Source of the DNA: an uncultured Dehalococcoidaceae bacterium
GTDB lineage: Bacteria; Chloroflexota; Dehalococcoidia; Dehalococcoidales; RBG-16-60-22
Length of the DNA stretch: 64,000 nt
Reading direction: 5' to 3'
Assembly: GCA_964595455.1 (NCBI GenBank)
Contig: CAZQQL010000003.1
Span: 211 to 64,210 of the forward strand
This document shows, in pieces, positions 25,289 to 35,039 of this stretch (positions within the stretch are counted from its first letter, which is position 1; each line of letters opens with the position of its first letter). A program made the translations under genes and the position numbers. The notes under the pieces were generated by a model, which was not told the origin of the DNA, ran no database searches, and saw only the letters and a list, made by a program, of their open reading frames with translations.

Positions 25289-26731
25289 ATGGTAAAGAAC
25301 ATAACCCGTCCTCAAGCCGCAGCACTCACGGACCCGGTCAAGATAGATACTGGCAACGTGTCCGGAACCATACTCGGAGAACCCGGCAGTGAAGTACGCG
25401 TCTATCGGGGAATTCCCTATGCGGCGCCGCCCGTTGGGGACCTGCGCTGGAAGCCGCCTCAGCCCATTACCGTATGGCAGGGAATCCGTGAATGCACAGC
25501 TTTCAGCCTGGCGGCCCCCCAGCAGAGGCCGCCTTCAAGTCCCAAGCTGGATATTCCCCAGGGTGAAGACTGCTTATACGTTAACGTTCTGACACCGGCC
25601 CGGACAGTGGAGGAAAAGCTGCCGGTAATGGTCTGGATGCATGGCGGCGGTTACATGGCCGGCAGCGGCAACGAGTCCATGTTCAACAATATCAGCCTTC
25701 CCCGGCAGGGTATTGTGCTGGTAAACGTCGGAATGCGGCTCGGCGTCTTTGGCCTGTTGGCCCATCCTCTACTGTCCGCGGAGTCCCCGCGTAGCGTCTC
25801 GGGAAACTATCTTTTCCTTGACATGATTACCGCTCTGGAATGGGTACAAAGGAACATTGCCGCCTTCGGCGGCGATCCCGCCAACGTTACCATTTTCGGC
25901 GAATCAGGCGGGGGCGCGAAAGTAGCGACCCTGCTGGTTACTCCTTTAGCCAAAGGCCTTTTCCATCACGCCATCTGCGAGAGCGGTTCGGCATTCGCTC
26001 CGATCGCCCCTGGTAAAAATCCGGTGGAACTTGAAGCGGTCGGGAAAAAACTGTTTACCCAGCTTGGCATCGATGACGAAAAGGACCCGTTGGCGGCGGC
26101 GCGGGCCATTCCGTGGGAAAAAATCATGGCAGCCGAGACCGCCATGACTCCGGTATCCGATCAACCGTCGCATATGTGGGATGCCGTCGTTGACGGCTGG
26201 CTCCTGCCCGATACCGCGGCCAATATTTTTCGGGCAGGAAAACAGAATACGGCGTCCCTGATAACCTGCGCTAACCTCGGCGAACTAACGGGGCCGGGCT
26301 CGCTGGTCATGCCCTGGATAATCCCTGCCTATGCAGCCATGCTCTCCAGCGAACGTGGGGCCGGCGCCAGGGTTTTCGCGTGTATCTTCGACCAGGTCCC
26401 GGACGGCTGGAAACGGGAAGGCTGCGTTTCCTTTCATGCGGTTGAGCTGCCCTACGTTTTCGGGTGTGTCAACAGCGAGAAGGAGTGGACCGGCCTCCAT
26501 CATATCGCTGCACCGGCCGGCGCCGGATCCCACCTCCCGGAAATATCAGAAACGGACATCCATGTTTCGGAATTGATGATGAAGATGTGGGCGCAGTATG
26601 CCCGGACGGGAGACCCGAACGTTGAGGGCCTTACCCCCTGGCCGGCCTGGGAGCCTGGGTCGGACCGGTACCTGTACGTCAACGATACCTTGCAGGCAAA
26701 AACGGGATTTTCCAAAGTGCCCGGAGCATAG
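25289..26731 (+). CDS. Carboxylesterase type B (para-nitrobenzyl-esterase-like)
   Basis: Blocks YRGIPYAAPPVGDLRW, EDCLYVNV, WMHGGGY and FGESGGG. Confidence 0.9.
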   Translation: MVKNITRPQAAALTDPVKIDTGNVSGTILGEPGSEVRVYRGIPYAAPPVGDLRWKPPQPITVWQGIRECTAFSLAAPQQRPPSSPKLDIPQGEDCLYVNVLTPARTVEEKLPVMVWMHGGGYMAGSGNESMFNNISLPRQGIVLVNVGMRLGVFGLLAHPLLSAESPRSVSGNYLFLDMITALEWVQRNIAAFGGDPANVTIFGESGGGAKVATLLVTPLAKGLFHHAICESGSAFAPIAPGKNPVELEAVGKKLFTQLGIDDEKDPLAAARAIPWEKIMAAETAMTPVSDQPSHMWDAVVDGWLLPDTAANIFRAGKQNTASLITCANLGELTGPGSLVMPWIIPAYAAMLSSERGAGARVFACIFDQVPDGWKREGCVSFHAVELPYVFGCVNSEKEWTGLHHIAAPAGAGSHLPEISETDIHVSELMMKMWAQYARTGDPNVEGLTPWPAWEPGSDRYLYVNDTLQAKTGFSKVPGA

Positions 26732-26773
26732 AGGGTAACCGTTCACGTTTGAAATCGATCGGGTCCGAAGGAC

Positions 26774-27715
26774 TTACTTCTTCCGCCCGATGACCTTCTT
26801 GACCGCCGCCACGATATCTTTAGACGTCAGGTGGTAGTGCGCGAGGAGTTCTTCCGGAGAGCCTGACTGCCCGAAGACGTTCTGTACCGCCACGAATTCC
26901 ACGGGTGTGGGGATATTGCAGGCCAGGATGTCCGCCACGGTACTGCCCATGCCCCCGTGACGCTGGTGCTCTTCGGCGGTAACGATGGCCCCGGTCTCCC
27001 TGGCGGCTTTGATGACGGCGGCTTCGTCCATAGGTTTGACCGTCGCCATATTGAGCACCCGGCAGTGAATGCCGTCGAAGGCAAGCTGGTCCGCGGCTTC
27101 CAGCGCGGCACTGACCATAACGCCGATGGCAATGATGGTCACGTCCGTGCCGTCCCTTAATTCGCAGGCCTTGCCGATCTCAAACATGTAATCAGGACGA
27201 TTGATGACCGGCAGCTTGGCGCGCGGCAGCCGGACGTAGACCGGCCCCTTATGCTCCGCCACGGCCCGTATGGCGCGGTCCGTCTCGATGGAATCAGACG
27301 GCACGATGACCGTGAAGCCCGGCAGCGAACAGATGAGGGCGAGGTCTTCCAGTGCCTGGTGCGAGCCGCCATCCTCGCCGACGGTCACGCCGGCATGGGT
27401 GGCGACGATTTTTACATTAAGCTTCGATTGCGCCACGGAGACGCGGACCTGGTCGAAGCAGCGCCCGGTGGCGAACACGGCGAAACTGCTGGCGAACGGT
27501 ATCTTGCCGGAAGCGGCCAGGCCGGCGGCGATGCCGATCATGTTGGCCTCGGCGATGCCGACGTCGAAATAGCGGTCCGGGAACTCAGCGGCGAAGTACT
27601 TGACCATCGTTGAAGGCCCAAGATCAGCGTCCAGCACGACGATGTCCCGGTTGGTCTTCCCCAGTTCCAGCAGGGTCTTGCCGTAGGTCTCGCGCGGGGC
27701 TATCTTCTCGGACAC
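26774..27715 (-). CDS. Transketolase, C-terminal (pyrimidine-binding) subunit
   Basis: GTG start at 27715, 2 nt after the stop of the N-terminal subunit (VSEKIAPRETYGKTLLELG...). The track ORF extending to 28084 is an over-extension. Confidence 0.9.
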   Translation of the reverse strand: MSEKIAPRETYGKTLLELGKTNRDIVVLDADLGPSTMVKYFAAEFPDRYFDVGIAEANMIGIAAGLAASGKIPFASSFAVFATGRCFDQVRVSVAQSKLNVKIVATHAGVTVGEDGGSHQALEDLALICSLPGFTVIVPSDSIETDRAIRAVAEHKGPVYVRLPRAKLPVINRPDYMFEIGKACELRDGTDVTIIAIGVMVSAALEAADQLAFDGIHCRVLNMATVKPMDEAAVIKAARETGAIVTAEEHQRHGGMGSTVADILACNIPTPVEFVAVQNVFGQSGSPEELLAHYHLTSKDIVAAVKKVIGRKK

Positions 27716-27717
27716 GG

Positions 27718-28560
27718 TTATGCCAGCTCCTTCAGCGCCTGTTCCAGTTGCTCGGCGTTCGGCGCCTTGCCGTGGAAGTCCACGTTGTTCTCCATGAAAC
27801 TCACACCCTTGCCCTTGACGGTCCGGGCGATGATAGCGGTTGGTTTTCCTTTGGTGCTCTTCGCTTTCTGGATGGCGTCGTACACCTGCCGCAGGTCGTG
27901 GCCGTCTATCTCGAGGACGTTCCAATTGAACGCCTCGAACTTCTTGCCGAGCGGGTCCACGTTCATGATGTCCGCAACTTTCCCGCTGAGTTGAAGACCG
28001 TTCTTGTCCACGATGGCGGTCAGGTTGTCCAGCTTGAAATGGCCGGCGGCCATGGCGGCTTCCCAGACCTGGCCTTCCTCGCACTCACCATCGGAGAGCA
28101 GGGCATAGACGCGGTAGTCTTTCCTGTCGAGCCTTCCCGCCAGAGCGATGCCGTCGGCAAAGGAAAGTCCCTGCCCGAGGCTCCCGGAAGACATCTCCAC
28201 GCCCGGCGTGTGGGTGCGATCGGCGTGGCCCTGAAGGTGCGAACCGAACTGCCGCAGCGTGTCCAGTTCCTCTGCCGGGAAGTAGCCGCATTCCGCCAGC
28301 GCCACGTAGAGCACGGGGGCAGCGTGGCCCTTGCTGAGGATGAAACGGTCGCGGTCCGGCCAGGAAGGATCGCCCGGTCGGTGCCGCATGACCTTCCAGT
28401 AGAGTGTGGCAACGATTTCCACCGCGGAAAGGGAGCCGCCGGGGTGGCCGCTGCCGGCTTTAGCGAGCATGGTAAGGATGCGGCGCCGCATGCGTTTCGT
28501 CACGGCGGCGAGGTCTTCATTGGAGGTAAAGAGCGGCGCTGGTACGGTCGTCATATGCAA
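27718..28560 (-). CDS. Transketolase, N-terminal (TPP-binding) subunit
   Basis: Blocks GSGHPGGSLS, LSKGHAAP and SDGECEEGQVWEA. Confidence 0.9.
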   Translation of the reverse strand: MHMTTVPAPLFTSNEDLAAVTKRMRRRILTMLAKAGSGHPGGSLSAVEIVATLYWKVMRHRPGDPSWPDRDRFILSKGHAAPVLYVALAECGYFPAEELDTLRQFGSHLQGHADRTHTPGVEMSSGSLGQGLSFADGIALAGRLDRKDYRVYALLSDGECEEGQVWEAAMAAGHFKLDNLTAIVDKNGLQLSGKVADIMNVDPLGKKFEAFNWNVLEIDGHDLRQVYDAIQKAKSTKGKPTAIIARTVKGKGVSFMENNVDFHGKAPNAEQLEQALKELA

Positions 28561-28581
28561 CTATTATACGTTAATCATCGT

Positions 28582-29355
28582 TCAGCCGTCCACCGCGGAA
28601 GCCAGCAGCGCAATAAGCTCGGAACAACCGCCCTGTCGGAGGAAATCAGCGTGGTTTCGGACGTTCTCGAATTTCCGTCCCATTATCCTGGCGCAGGTGA
28701 AATCAGGACCGAAGTTTTCGGTGAAACGGTCGAGGATTTTCTTGATATTGGGATCGACGGCCAGTCCCAGGACAACATCATGCTTCATTGCGTGGGCCCA
28801 TATGGCGGCCCCGAGTGCGCCACAACCGCTCCCGCTCAGACCGATGCCTCCGGCCAGTCCCGCCGCCATGACGACATGCTGGTCGGAGAGACCTGCTTTC
28901 CGCGCCAGCAGGGCGGCGCAACTGACGGGAGGAGGAGGAACTTCATGTGGGGGAACTGCACAAACTATGTCGATTTCCGCCATGCTCGCGCGGGCGATGC
29001 CCGGGGTCATGGTGAAGCAGCCGAGCGCTCTTCCGGTAACAACATATTTTACCATCTGGCTAACTCGTACCTTTTCCCGGAGGTCCAGGCCGGAGATGGC
29101 GAGACAATCGATGGCTTTAGCCCGGTTGCGCCGGCGGAAAGTATCGACGATACGTTGTGAAGCCAGCACGGCGGCGGCTTCCGCGGCGGGACCGGGACCG
29201 AAAACCCGGTACGACTGCGCTCCGGCGGCGAGGGAAGCCCCCCACACCATGCCGCATTGATAACCGTTGTTGGCGATACCGCCCGCCAGGATGGCGCTGG
29301 CATGTTCCTCGGTTTCCAGAGGGTGACCCATAGCGTGGTCAAGCACGCATGACAT
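28582..29355 (-). CDS. C_GCAxxG_C_C family protein
   Basis: 257 aa with blocks GYQCGMVWGA and GSGCGALGAAIW. The family call is from motif recognition. Confidence 0.65.
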   Translation of the reverse strand: MSCVLDHAMGHPLETEEHASAILAGGIANNGYQCGMVWGASLAAGAQSYRVFGPGPAAEAAAVLASQRIVDTFRRRNRAKAIDCLAISGLDLREKVRVSQMVKYVVTGRALGCFTMTPGIARASMAEIDIVCAVPPHEVPPPPVSCAALLARKAGLSDQHVVMAAGLAGGIGLSGSGCGALGAAIWAHAMKHDVVLGLAVDPNIKKILDRFTENFGPDFTCARIMGRKFENVRNHADFLRQGGCSELIALLASAVDG

Positions 29356-29467
29356 TGCCTCCGATCACATGCCCTTTTTGATGAATGTCCGGATGGAGCC
29401 CCAGTATGGGATTTGCCGCTTTTCCTTTACCATTCTGCGCCTCACCTTTCTTGCTGGTATAAGCCAT

Positions 29468-29494
29468 GGACAGGTCCGGCGGTCCGGACTGTCC
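29468..29494 (-). other. Stable stem-loop immediately after the methyltransferase stop codon, with no U-tract
   Basis: GGACAG(G)TCCGG-CGGT-CCGGACTGTCC: 11 bp with one bulge. Confidence 0.35.
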
Positions 29495-30511
29495 TTATTT
29501 GGTTGCAGTAACAATGCTCCGGTTGAGGATGGTTGGCGAGTAATGGAAATCCGCGAACCCGGTTTCGGAGAGCAGCTTTCTGAGTTCTCCGGTAGAGTAG
29601 CATTTTCCCTCTGAGGAGAACATCAGCAGGACGGAGTATTCGGCGACGGAGACGGGGCCGTTCCTGGCTTCGTTCAGATGGGCGTCATGGATGATGAGCC
29701 GCCCGCCCGGCGCCAGGTTGCGGTACGAGTTCTGAAGGATCACGGTCACCTGCGGGACGTCCCAGTCGTGGAGGATGTGGGAGAGGAGATGGACGTCATA
29801 CCCGCCGGGGAGTTCATCGCGGAACATGTCCCCGGCGATGACCTTGAGCCTGTCCGTGAGTCCTGACTTTTCGGCTGACTGCCGCGCCAGCTGGTCGATG
29901 GGTGGTTTCTCGAAGACCCCGGCCGTCATATGAGGATTGTCTTCCAGCACGACCTGCGCGTAGATGCCGGTGGCCCCACCGATGTCCAGCAGGCGACGGC
30001 TGTCTGAAAAATCGAAAGCTCCGGCCAGTCCCGCCGCCAGGTAAGCCCCGCGGCTGTTCATCCCGGCGGTGAAAGATGCTGCGAATTCCTCGTCTTCCAT
30101 GGCTTTCGCCCATGCCTCACCGGATCTGGCGGCGGCCCAGTTGGCTGTTTCTCCGGTCCGGAGCACACGGAGCATGTCTGCGCAGATGGGGCGGGCTTTC
30201 AGTGAATCGACGTAGGAAGTGAGATCATACCGGCTTTCCTTCGTGAGATAGGTGCGAGCGGTATCCGTGAGGGAGAACCGGAAACCTGTTTCCTCCACGA
30301 ACCCGTAGGATTTGAACAGGGACAGCATAACGTCCGCCGGTCTCGGCCGGATGTCGAATAGCTTGCAGATACCGGAAAGGTCAAGGGACGTTTCAGCAAG
30401 CTGATTAAAGAAATCGAGGTGGGCGACGGCGGTGATGAACAGGTCGTCCGCAAAAGAGCCGTCACGCAGACGGAATATGGTTTCCGGGGACGTCTTTGGT
30501 GTCACGCTCAT
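29495..30511 (-). CDS. Class I SAM-dependent O-methyltransferase (dimerisation domain plus methyltransferase domain)
   Basis: 338 aa with the SAM motif LLDIGGATGIY and DVHLLSHILHDW. Confidence 0.8.
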   Translation of the reverse strand: MSVTPKTSPETIFRLRDGSFADDLFITAVAHLDFFNQLAETSLDLSGICKLFDIRPRPADVMLSLFKSYGFVEETGFRFSLTDTARTYLTKESRYDLTSYVDSLKARPICADMLRVLRTGETANWAAARSGEAWAKAMEDEEFAASFTAGMNSRGAYLAAGLAGAFDFSDSRRLLDIGGATGIYAQVVLEDNPHMTAGVFEKPPIDQLARQSAEKSGLTDRLKVIAGDMFRDELPGGYDVHLLSHILHDWDVPQVTVILQNSYRNLAPGGRLIIHDAHLNEARNGPVSVAEYSVLLMFSSEGKCYSTGELRKLLSETGFADFHYSPTILNRSIVTATK

Positions 30512-30634
30512 ATTGTTAACTCCGCTACAGCAAGTACTATCAGCAACTGTGTCACTAATTGTAGCACATTAGTCACCGGGAATTGATAATGGCAGCCGGA
30601 TATGATTAAATTAATAGGTTGGAAAGGGGAATAT

Positions 30635-31285
30635 ATGGAAGAACTTAAACTTAAAGCAACCAAGAGAGATGTCCTCGGCAAACGGAACCGCTTCCTGCGC
30701 AAACAGGGGATCACGCCGGCTCATCTCTTCGGTCATAACATCGAATCCATGGCCCTCCAGTGTGAAACCGCCGACCTTAAGAAGGTCATCGACCATGCCG
30801 GGACGTCCCGCCTCGTCACCCTGACGGTCGCCGGTGATAAAAGCGCCAAAAACGTCTTCGTGCGTGAGATACAACGTGATGCCTTCACCAAGCAACTTAT
30901 CCATGTTGATCTCTACCAGGTCCAGAAAGGCGAGAAGATCTCCATGAACGTGCCCATCGTTCTCGTTGGGGAAGCTCCCGCCCTTAAAGGAAAAGGCCGC
31001 CTGTTAACGCACGGCATCGAGGAACTACACATCGAGTGTCTGCCGGAAAACGTGCCGCCGCAGATCGAGGTCGATATCAGCGTACTTGCAGAAGTCGATG
31101 ACATGATTCATGTCAAGGACCTCCATTTGGGCAAAGATATCACCGTTCTTGCCGACCCCGATCAGCTCCTTGCCAGGGTATCCGAAGTATCCATGAAGGC
31201 CGCTGCTGAAGCCGAGGCCGAGGAAGAAGGCGCAGCCGCCGAAGCTGAAGCTGCTCCGGCCGCTGAAGAGGCCGCTTCGGAGTAA
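30635..31285 (+). CDS. rplY: Ribosomal protein L25 / general stress protein Ctc (long form, acidic Ala/Glu tail)
   Basis: N-terminus MEELKLKATKRDVLGKRNRFLRKQGITPAHLFG, plus HVDLYQV. The start is taken at 30635 after GGAAAGGGGA. Confidence 0.9.
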   Translation: MEELKLKATKRDVLGKRNRFLRKQGITPAHLFGHNIESMALQCETADLKKVIDHAGTSRLVTLTVAGDKSAKNVFVREIQRDAFTKQLIHVDLYQVQKGEKISMNVPIVLVGEAPALKGKGRLLTHGIEELHIECLPENVPPQIEVDISVLAEVDDMIHVKDLHLGKDITVLADPDQLLARVSEVSMKAAAEAEAEEEGAAAEAEAAPAAEEAASE

Positions 31286-31318
31286 CGCCCGGTCCGTCCG
31301 GGACGCTGTGGAACGAGC

Positions 31319-32158
31319 ATGATAATAGATTTCCACGCGCATGTGCTGCCGCCCGCTATACGGGACAACCGCAGCCGCTGTGTGGAGAAAGATGCCGCTT
31401 TCGCCTCCATTTACCGGGAGGCGAAAGCGGCCATCGTTTCTACGGAAGACCTCATCGATACCATGGACCGGCTGGGCATCGATGTCACAGTCATCGTCAA
31501 CTATTCCTGGAGCACGGCGGAATTATGCCGGGAAACCAACGACTACATCCTCGAATCCTGTGTCAGGTACCCGGACCGGCTGACCGGGTTTTGCGCCGTG
31601 TCAGATTTCACCTCCGAGGCCTCCCTGCAGGAAATGGGACGCTGCGCCGGAGCGGGCGCCCGCGGCATCGGGGAACTGAGACCGGATTTTCATCCGGACG
31701 TTTTCACCGACCAAAAGGCCATGATCCCGTTCGCAAGTATGTTGCGGGAGCATGACCTGCTGCTGCTGCTCCATACCTCGGAACCTGTCGGGCACCAATA
31801 CCCCGGCAAAGGCACTGCCGTCCCGAGACTTGTTTATCCATTCCTGTCCGGCTTCCCGGAAATCACCACCATCTGCGCCCACTGGGGCGGCGGCCTGCCA
31901 TTCTATGCGCTCATGCCGGAGGTGAAGAAAACGCTCGCCAACGTATACTTCGATTCGGCTGCGTCCCCGTTCCTGTACCGACCGGACATCTACCGGCAGG
32001 TCATCGGGTTGGTAGGCGCAGAGAAGGTGTTGTTCGGGAGCGATTACCCGGTTATGTCCCAGGCCCGCGTGTTGGCTGAAATGCGAACCGCGGACATCTC
32101 AGAGAAGGAGCGGGAACTGATACTGGGCGGCAATGCCCGCCGCCTCCTGGGCAGGTAA
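31319..32158 (+). CDS. Amidohydrolase-2 family metal-dependent hydrolase (TIM barrel)
   Basis: Blocks IDFHAHV, LLLLHTSEP, CAHWGGG and FGSDYP. Confidence 0.75.
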   Translation: MIIDFHAHVLPPAIRDNRSRCVEKDAAFASIYREAKAAIVSTEDLIDTMDRLGIDVTVIVNYSWSTAELCRETNDYILESCVRYPDRLTGFCAVSDFTSEASLQEMGRCAGAGARGIGELRPDFHPDVFTDQKAMIPFASMLREHDLLLLLHTSEPVGHQYPGKGTAVPRLVYPFLSGFPEITTICAHWGGGLPFYALMPEVKKTLANVYFDSAASPFLYRPDIYRQVIGLVGAEKVLFGSDYPVMSQARVLAEMRTADISEKERELILGGNARRLLGR

Positions 32159-32161
32159 GAC

Positions 32162-32737
32162 ATGAAAATCCGCTCCTTCATCGCCATATCTCTCCCCGCT
32201 GACATCAGGCGAGAACTTGCCCGCATCGAGACCGAACTCAGGAAAGGCGCCGGTGCGCCGGTCAAATGGGTTGAAACGGCTAATCTCCACCTGACCCTGA
32301 AATTCCTTGGGGACATCGAATTTGAGAACATACCCGCCATTTTGGATGCAATGTATAAAGCGGCGGGGACAACAGGTCCCTTAAACATGGAACTCAACGG
32401 CCTCGGGGTGTTCCCGAGCCCGCGTAGAGTACGTATAGTCTGGGTGGGCCTCGGCGGGGAGACGGAGAAACTGGCCGCTCTCCAGCAGCGCCTTGAAATC
32501 TCATTGGAGCCCCTCGGGTTTGCCCGGGAATCGCGGGAATTTCAGCCCCACCTCACCATCGGGCGTGTCCGGGAGCAGGCTGGGCCGGCGGAACGCGAAG
32601 CCATCGGTGACCGCGTCCGGTCGTTCACTTCACCGGGTCCCCTGCCGTTCATCGCGGATGCTGTATACCTCATGAAAAGCGTCCTGACACCTTCCGGTCC
32701 CATCTACAGCGAGCTTGGGAAAGTTTCTCTCGCCTAG
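32162..32737 (+). CDS. thpR: RNA 2',3'-cyclic phosphodiesterase (2H family, LigT/ThpR)
   Basis: Two HxT/S motifs: HLTLKFLG and HLTIGRV. Confidence 0.85.
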   Translation: MKIRSFIAISLPADIRRELARIETELRKGAGAPVKWVETANLHLTLKFLGDIEFENIPAILDAMYKAAGTTGPLNMELNGLGVFPSPRRVRIVWVGLGGETEKLAALQQRLEISLEPLGFARESREFQPHLTIGRVREQAGPAEREAIGDRVRSFTSPGPLPFIADAVYLMKSVLTPSGPIYSELGKVSLA

Positions 32738-32863
32738 CCTGTTCCGGGGTACCCAACATTTATGAATTGTTTATGTCCCGGAGAACCCTGTTCATGTGTT
32801 GTTTAGCCCCCGGCCCATACAATGGAGAGAGTTAACGCCCGTGATGCCGCCCGGAGGTGTAAA

Positions 32864-33901
32864 ATGACCATTCCCAAAGAACATATCCTGCTTGTCGATG
32901 ATGAAGAAGGGATTCGCTGCGTCCTGAACAAGGGACTCTCGATGCGGGGCTTCGAGTGCGATGAAGCCGAAAACGGCGATAGAGCCCTCGAGAAACTCGA
33001 GGAGAAACCGGCCGATCTCGTCATCATGGACATAAATATGCCGGGACGGTCAGGTTGTGAAGTCCTTCCGGACATCACGGCGCGGTTCCCGGAGACCGCC
33101 GTCATCATGTCGAGCGGCATCTCGGAAGCAACCGTCATCGCGGAATGCATAAAGAAGGGCGCCCAGGACTACATCAGCAAGCCGTTCCGCTTCGAGCAGG
33201 TGCTCCAGAGCGTTAACGGCACGCTGGACAAGCGCCGTGTCGCCCTCGATATCCAGCGGTATTTACAGGAAATGGGGCAGTATTCCGGGGAAAGCGGTGA
33301 AGAACCACGCAGGCTGTTCCTCGGCGCCATAGAAGGCCTGGTCAATACTCTGGAGTCCTGTGACGCTTACACCGCCGACCATTCCCATAAGGTCACCGAC
33401 CTGGCTCTAACCATCGGCAAGGAATTGGGACTGAAGCCGGCTGACCTCGAAGACCTGCGCTGGGCAGCCCTCCTCCATGATGTCGGCAAGATAGCTGTGG
33501 ACCCGAACATCCTTAACAAGCCCGGTGAACTCACTGCCAGTGAATACCGCCACATCATGACTCATGCCATCGTCGGGCCGAACCTGGTCAAACCGTTTGT
33601 TAATCAACACATTGTCGAGATAATTTCGCATCACCACGACCACTACGATGGCAGCGGCTACGAACAGACTATCAAGGGCAAGAACATCCCGATAGGGGCG
33701 CGCATCATCGCCGTGGCGGACGCTTACCAGGCCATGATATCGGACCGCCCGTACCGCCGCGCCATGTCCCACGTGGACGCCATCGAAGAACTGCTCTGGT
33801 TCTCCGGCACGCAATTCGATCCTATTATAGCCAATACCGCCATCAACCTCATCCAGAAACGCCAGATTTCCGTCAATCATCCCAGCCTGTCCTCCCGCTA
33901 G
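32864..33901 (+). CDS. Response regulator receiver fused to an HD-GYP phosphodiesterase domain
   Basis: Blocks LLVDDEEG and DLVIMDINMPG, then HSHKV, LLHDVGK and HHHDHYDGSGY. GGAGG SD precedes ATG 32864. Confidence 0.85.
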   Translation: MTIPKEHILLVDDEEGIRCVLNKGLSMRGFECDEAENGDRALEKLEEKPADLVIMDINMPGRSGCEVLPDITARFPETAVIMSSGISEATVIAECIKKGAQDYISKPFRFEQVLQSVNGTLDKRRVALDIQRYLQEMGQYSGESGEEPRRLFLGAIEGLVNTLESCDAYTADHSHKVTDLALTIGKELGLKPADLEDLRWAALLHDVGKIAVDPNILNKPGELTASEYRHIMTHAIVGPNLVKPFVNQHIVEIISHHHDHYDGSGYEQTIKGKNIPIGARIIAVADAYQAMISDRPYRRAMSHVDAIEELLWFSGTQFDPIIANTAINLIQKRQISVNHPSLSSR

Positions 33902-33980
33902 CACGCGAGGCTGGTTGTTCGATACGAGGAGGGCGGGCTTATGCCCGCTCTCTCGCGCGTTTAAGTATGTCCTTACACGC

Positions 33981-34010
33981 TTGTCAAGTCGTATACCGAT
34001 AGGTTATACT
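33981..34010 (+). promoter_or_regulatory. Putative promoter of the small zinc-ribbon ORF/comF/hpf unit
   Basis: TTGTCA at 33981-33986, 18-nt spacer, TATACT at 34005-34010. Confidence 0.4.
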
Positions 34011-34051
34011 TAGACGGTTTTACTTGAACTACTGGTTGGGAGGAGGACCCC

Positions 34052-34264
34052 ATGGAAAACATGACTTTCCCCAAGTGTCAGAAGTGCCATTCCGGTGATC
34101 TCGTGCCGTTGTCCGATTTCGGGAGCCAGGGCGCTTCGATATGTTACAAGGCCTGGGTATGCACCAATCCTGATTGCGGCTTCAACCTCAAGATCAGGAA
34201 CGGTGACGTCTACCTGAACGAGCCGATCATGAATGGGTCGCTCCACAGTTCCCGCGCCCGATAG
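34052..34264 (+). CDS. Small zinc-ribbon protein
   Basis: 70 aa with CQKC...CTNPDC. A strong SD, GGGAGGAGG (34038-34046), lies upstream. Confidence 0.45.
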   Translation: MENMTFPKCQKCHSGDLVPLSDFGSQGASICYKAWVCTNPDCGFNLKIRNGDVYLNEPIMNGSLHSSRAR

Positions 34265-34300
34265 CAGCGGGTAACGCAGAACAACCAGTGAGGTAGTCGG

Positions 34301-35014
34301 ATGGCAACCGTACTTCCTCGTATTCGCGGCCTGGCCGGGCACGCTTTGGATCTGCTTTTTCCCCGGTGGTGCATAGGTTGCGGCAGGGAAGGGGAAGTGG
34401 TGTGCAGCTCCTGCCGGGAAACCTTTCCTTCCATCAGACCCCCATTTTGCCTGCGGTGCGGCCGTCCGCTGGACGATGACGGAGCCTGCCGAAACTGCAC
34501 GGACATCGATTTCATCATTGACGGCATCCGGGCGCCGTTCCTTTTCCGCGGCCTCGTACGCCAGACCATCCACGAACTCAAGTACCGCAACCTGAGGGCA
34601 GCGGCGCCGTTCCTGGCGCGTGAACTGGCCGGATACCTGCAAGAATTACCCCTTACCGCCGATGTTATCGTGCCGGTTCCGCTTCACAAAAAACGATTGA
34701 AGGAACGCGGCTACAACCAGTCCGAACTCATCACCCGGCACCTGTCCGCGTTAACCGGCATTCCCCACTCCAACGATGGCCTCGTGCGGCTCAAGCACAC
34801 ACTGTCACTGGCGCGGTCCGCCAGTCGAGAGGCCCGGCGGGAGAGTGTTGCCGGGGCTTTCGCGATCGGAAACAGGGAAGCTATCGAAGGGAGAAACATA
34901 CTACTGGTGGATGATGTATCGACTACCGGCGCCACGCTCGATGCCTGCGCCGCCATGCTGAAGAAGGCCGGCGCACGTACGGTTTGGGGGCTTGCCACAG
35001 CCCTGGAACTCTGA
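34301..35014 (+). CDS. comF: ComF-family phosphoribosyltransferase-like protein
   Basis: N-terminal Cys pairs CIGCG..CSSC and CLRCG..C..C, plus the PRTase motif LLVDDVSTTGATL. Confidence 0.85.
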   Translation: MATVLPRIRGLAGHALDLLFPRWCIGCGREGEVVCSSCRETFPSIRPPFCLRCGRPLDDDGACRNCTDIDFIIDGIRAPFLFRGLVRQTIHELKYRNLRAAAPFLARELAGYLQELPLTADVIVPVPLHKKRLKERGYNQSELITRHLSALTGIPHSNDGLVRLKHTLSLARSASREARRESVAGAFAIGNREAIEGRNILLVDDVSTTGATLDACAAMLKKAGARTVWGLATALEL

Positions 35015-35039
35015 GACACTGGAAACAGGAGGAAAAGAA

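Noticed and set aside
27716-28084. N-terminal extension of the 436-aa ORF 26774-28084
   Set aside because: It overlaps the transketolase N-terminal subunit gene in another frame. A GTG at 27715 gives the canonical start of the C-terminal subunit.
26774-28560. Transketolase in two pieces: a pseudogene?
   Set aside because: The two-subunit (N- and C-terminal) transketolase is a normal architecture in many anaerobes and archaea. Both ORFs are intact and 2 nt apart.
27610-29160. 516-aa plus-strand ORF
   Set aside because: It is antisense to both the transketolase N-terminal subunit gene and the C_GCAxxG gene, and has low-complexity Arg/Gly/Ala composition.
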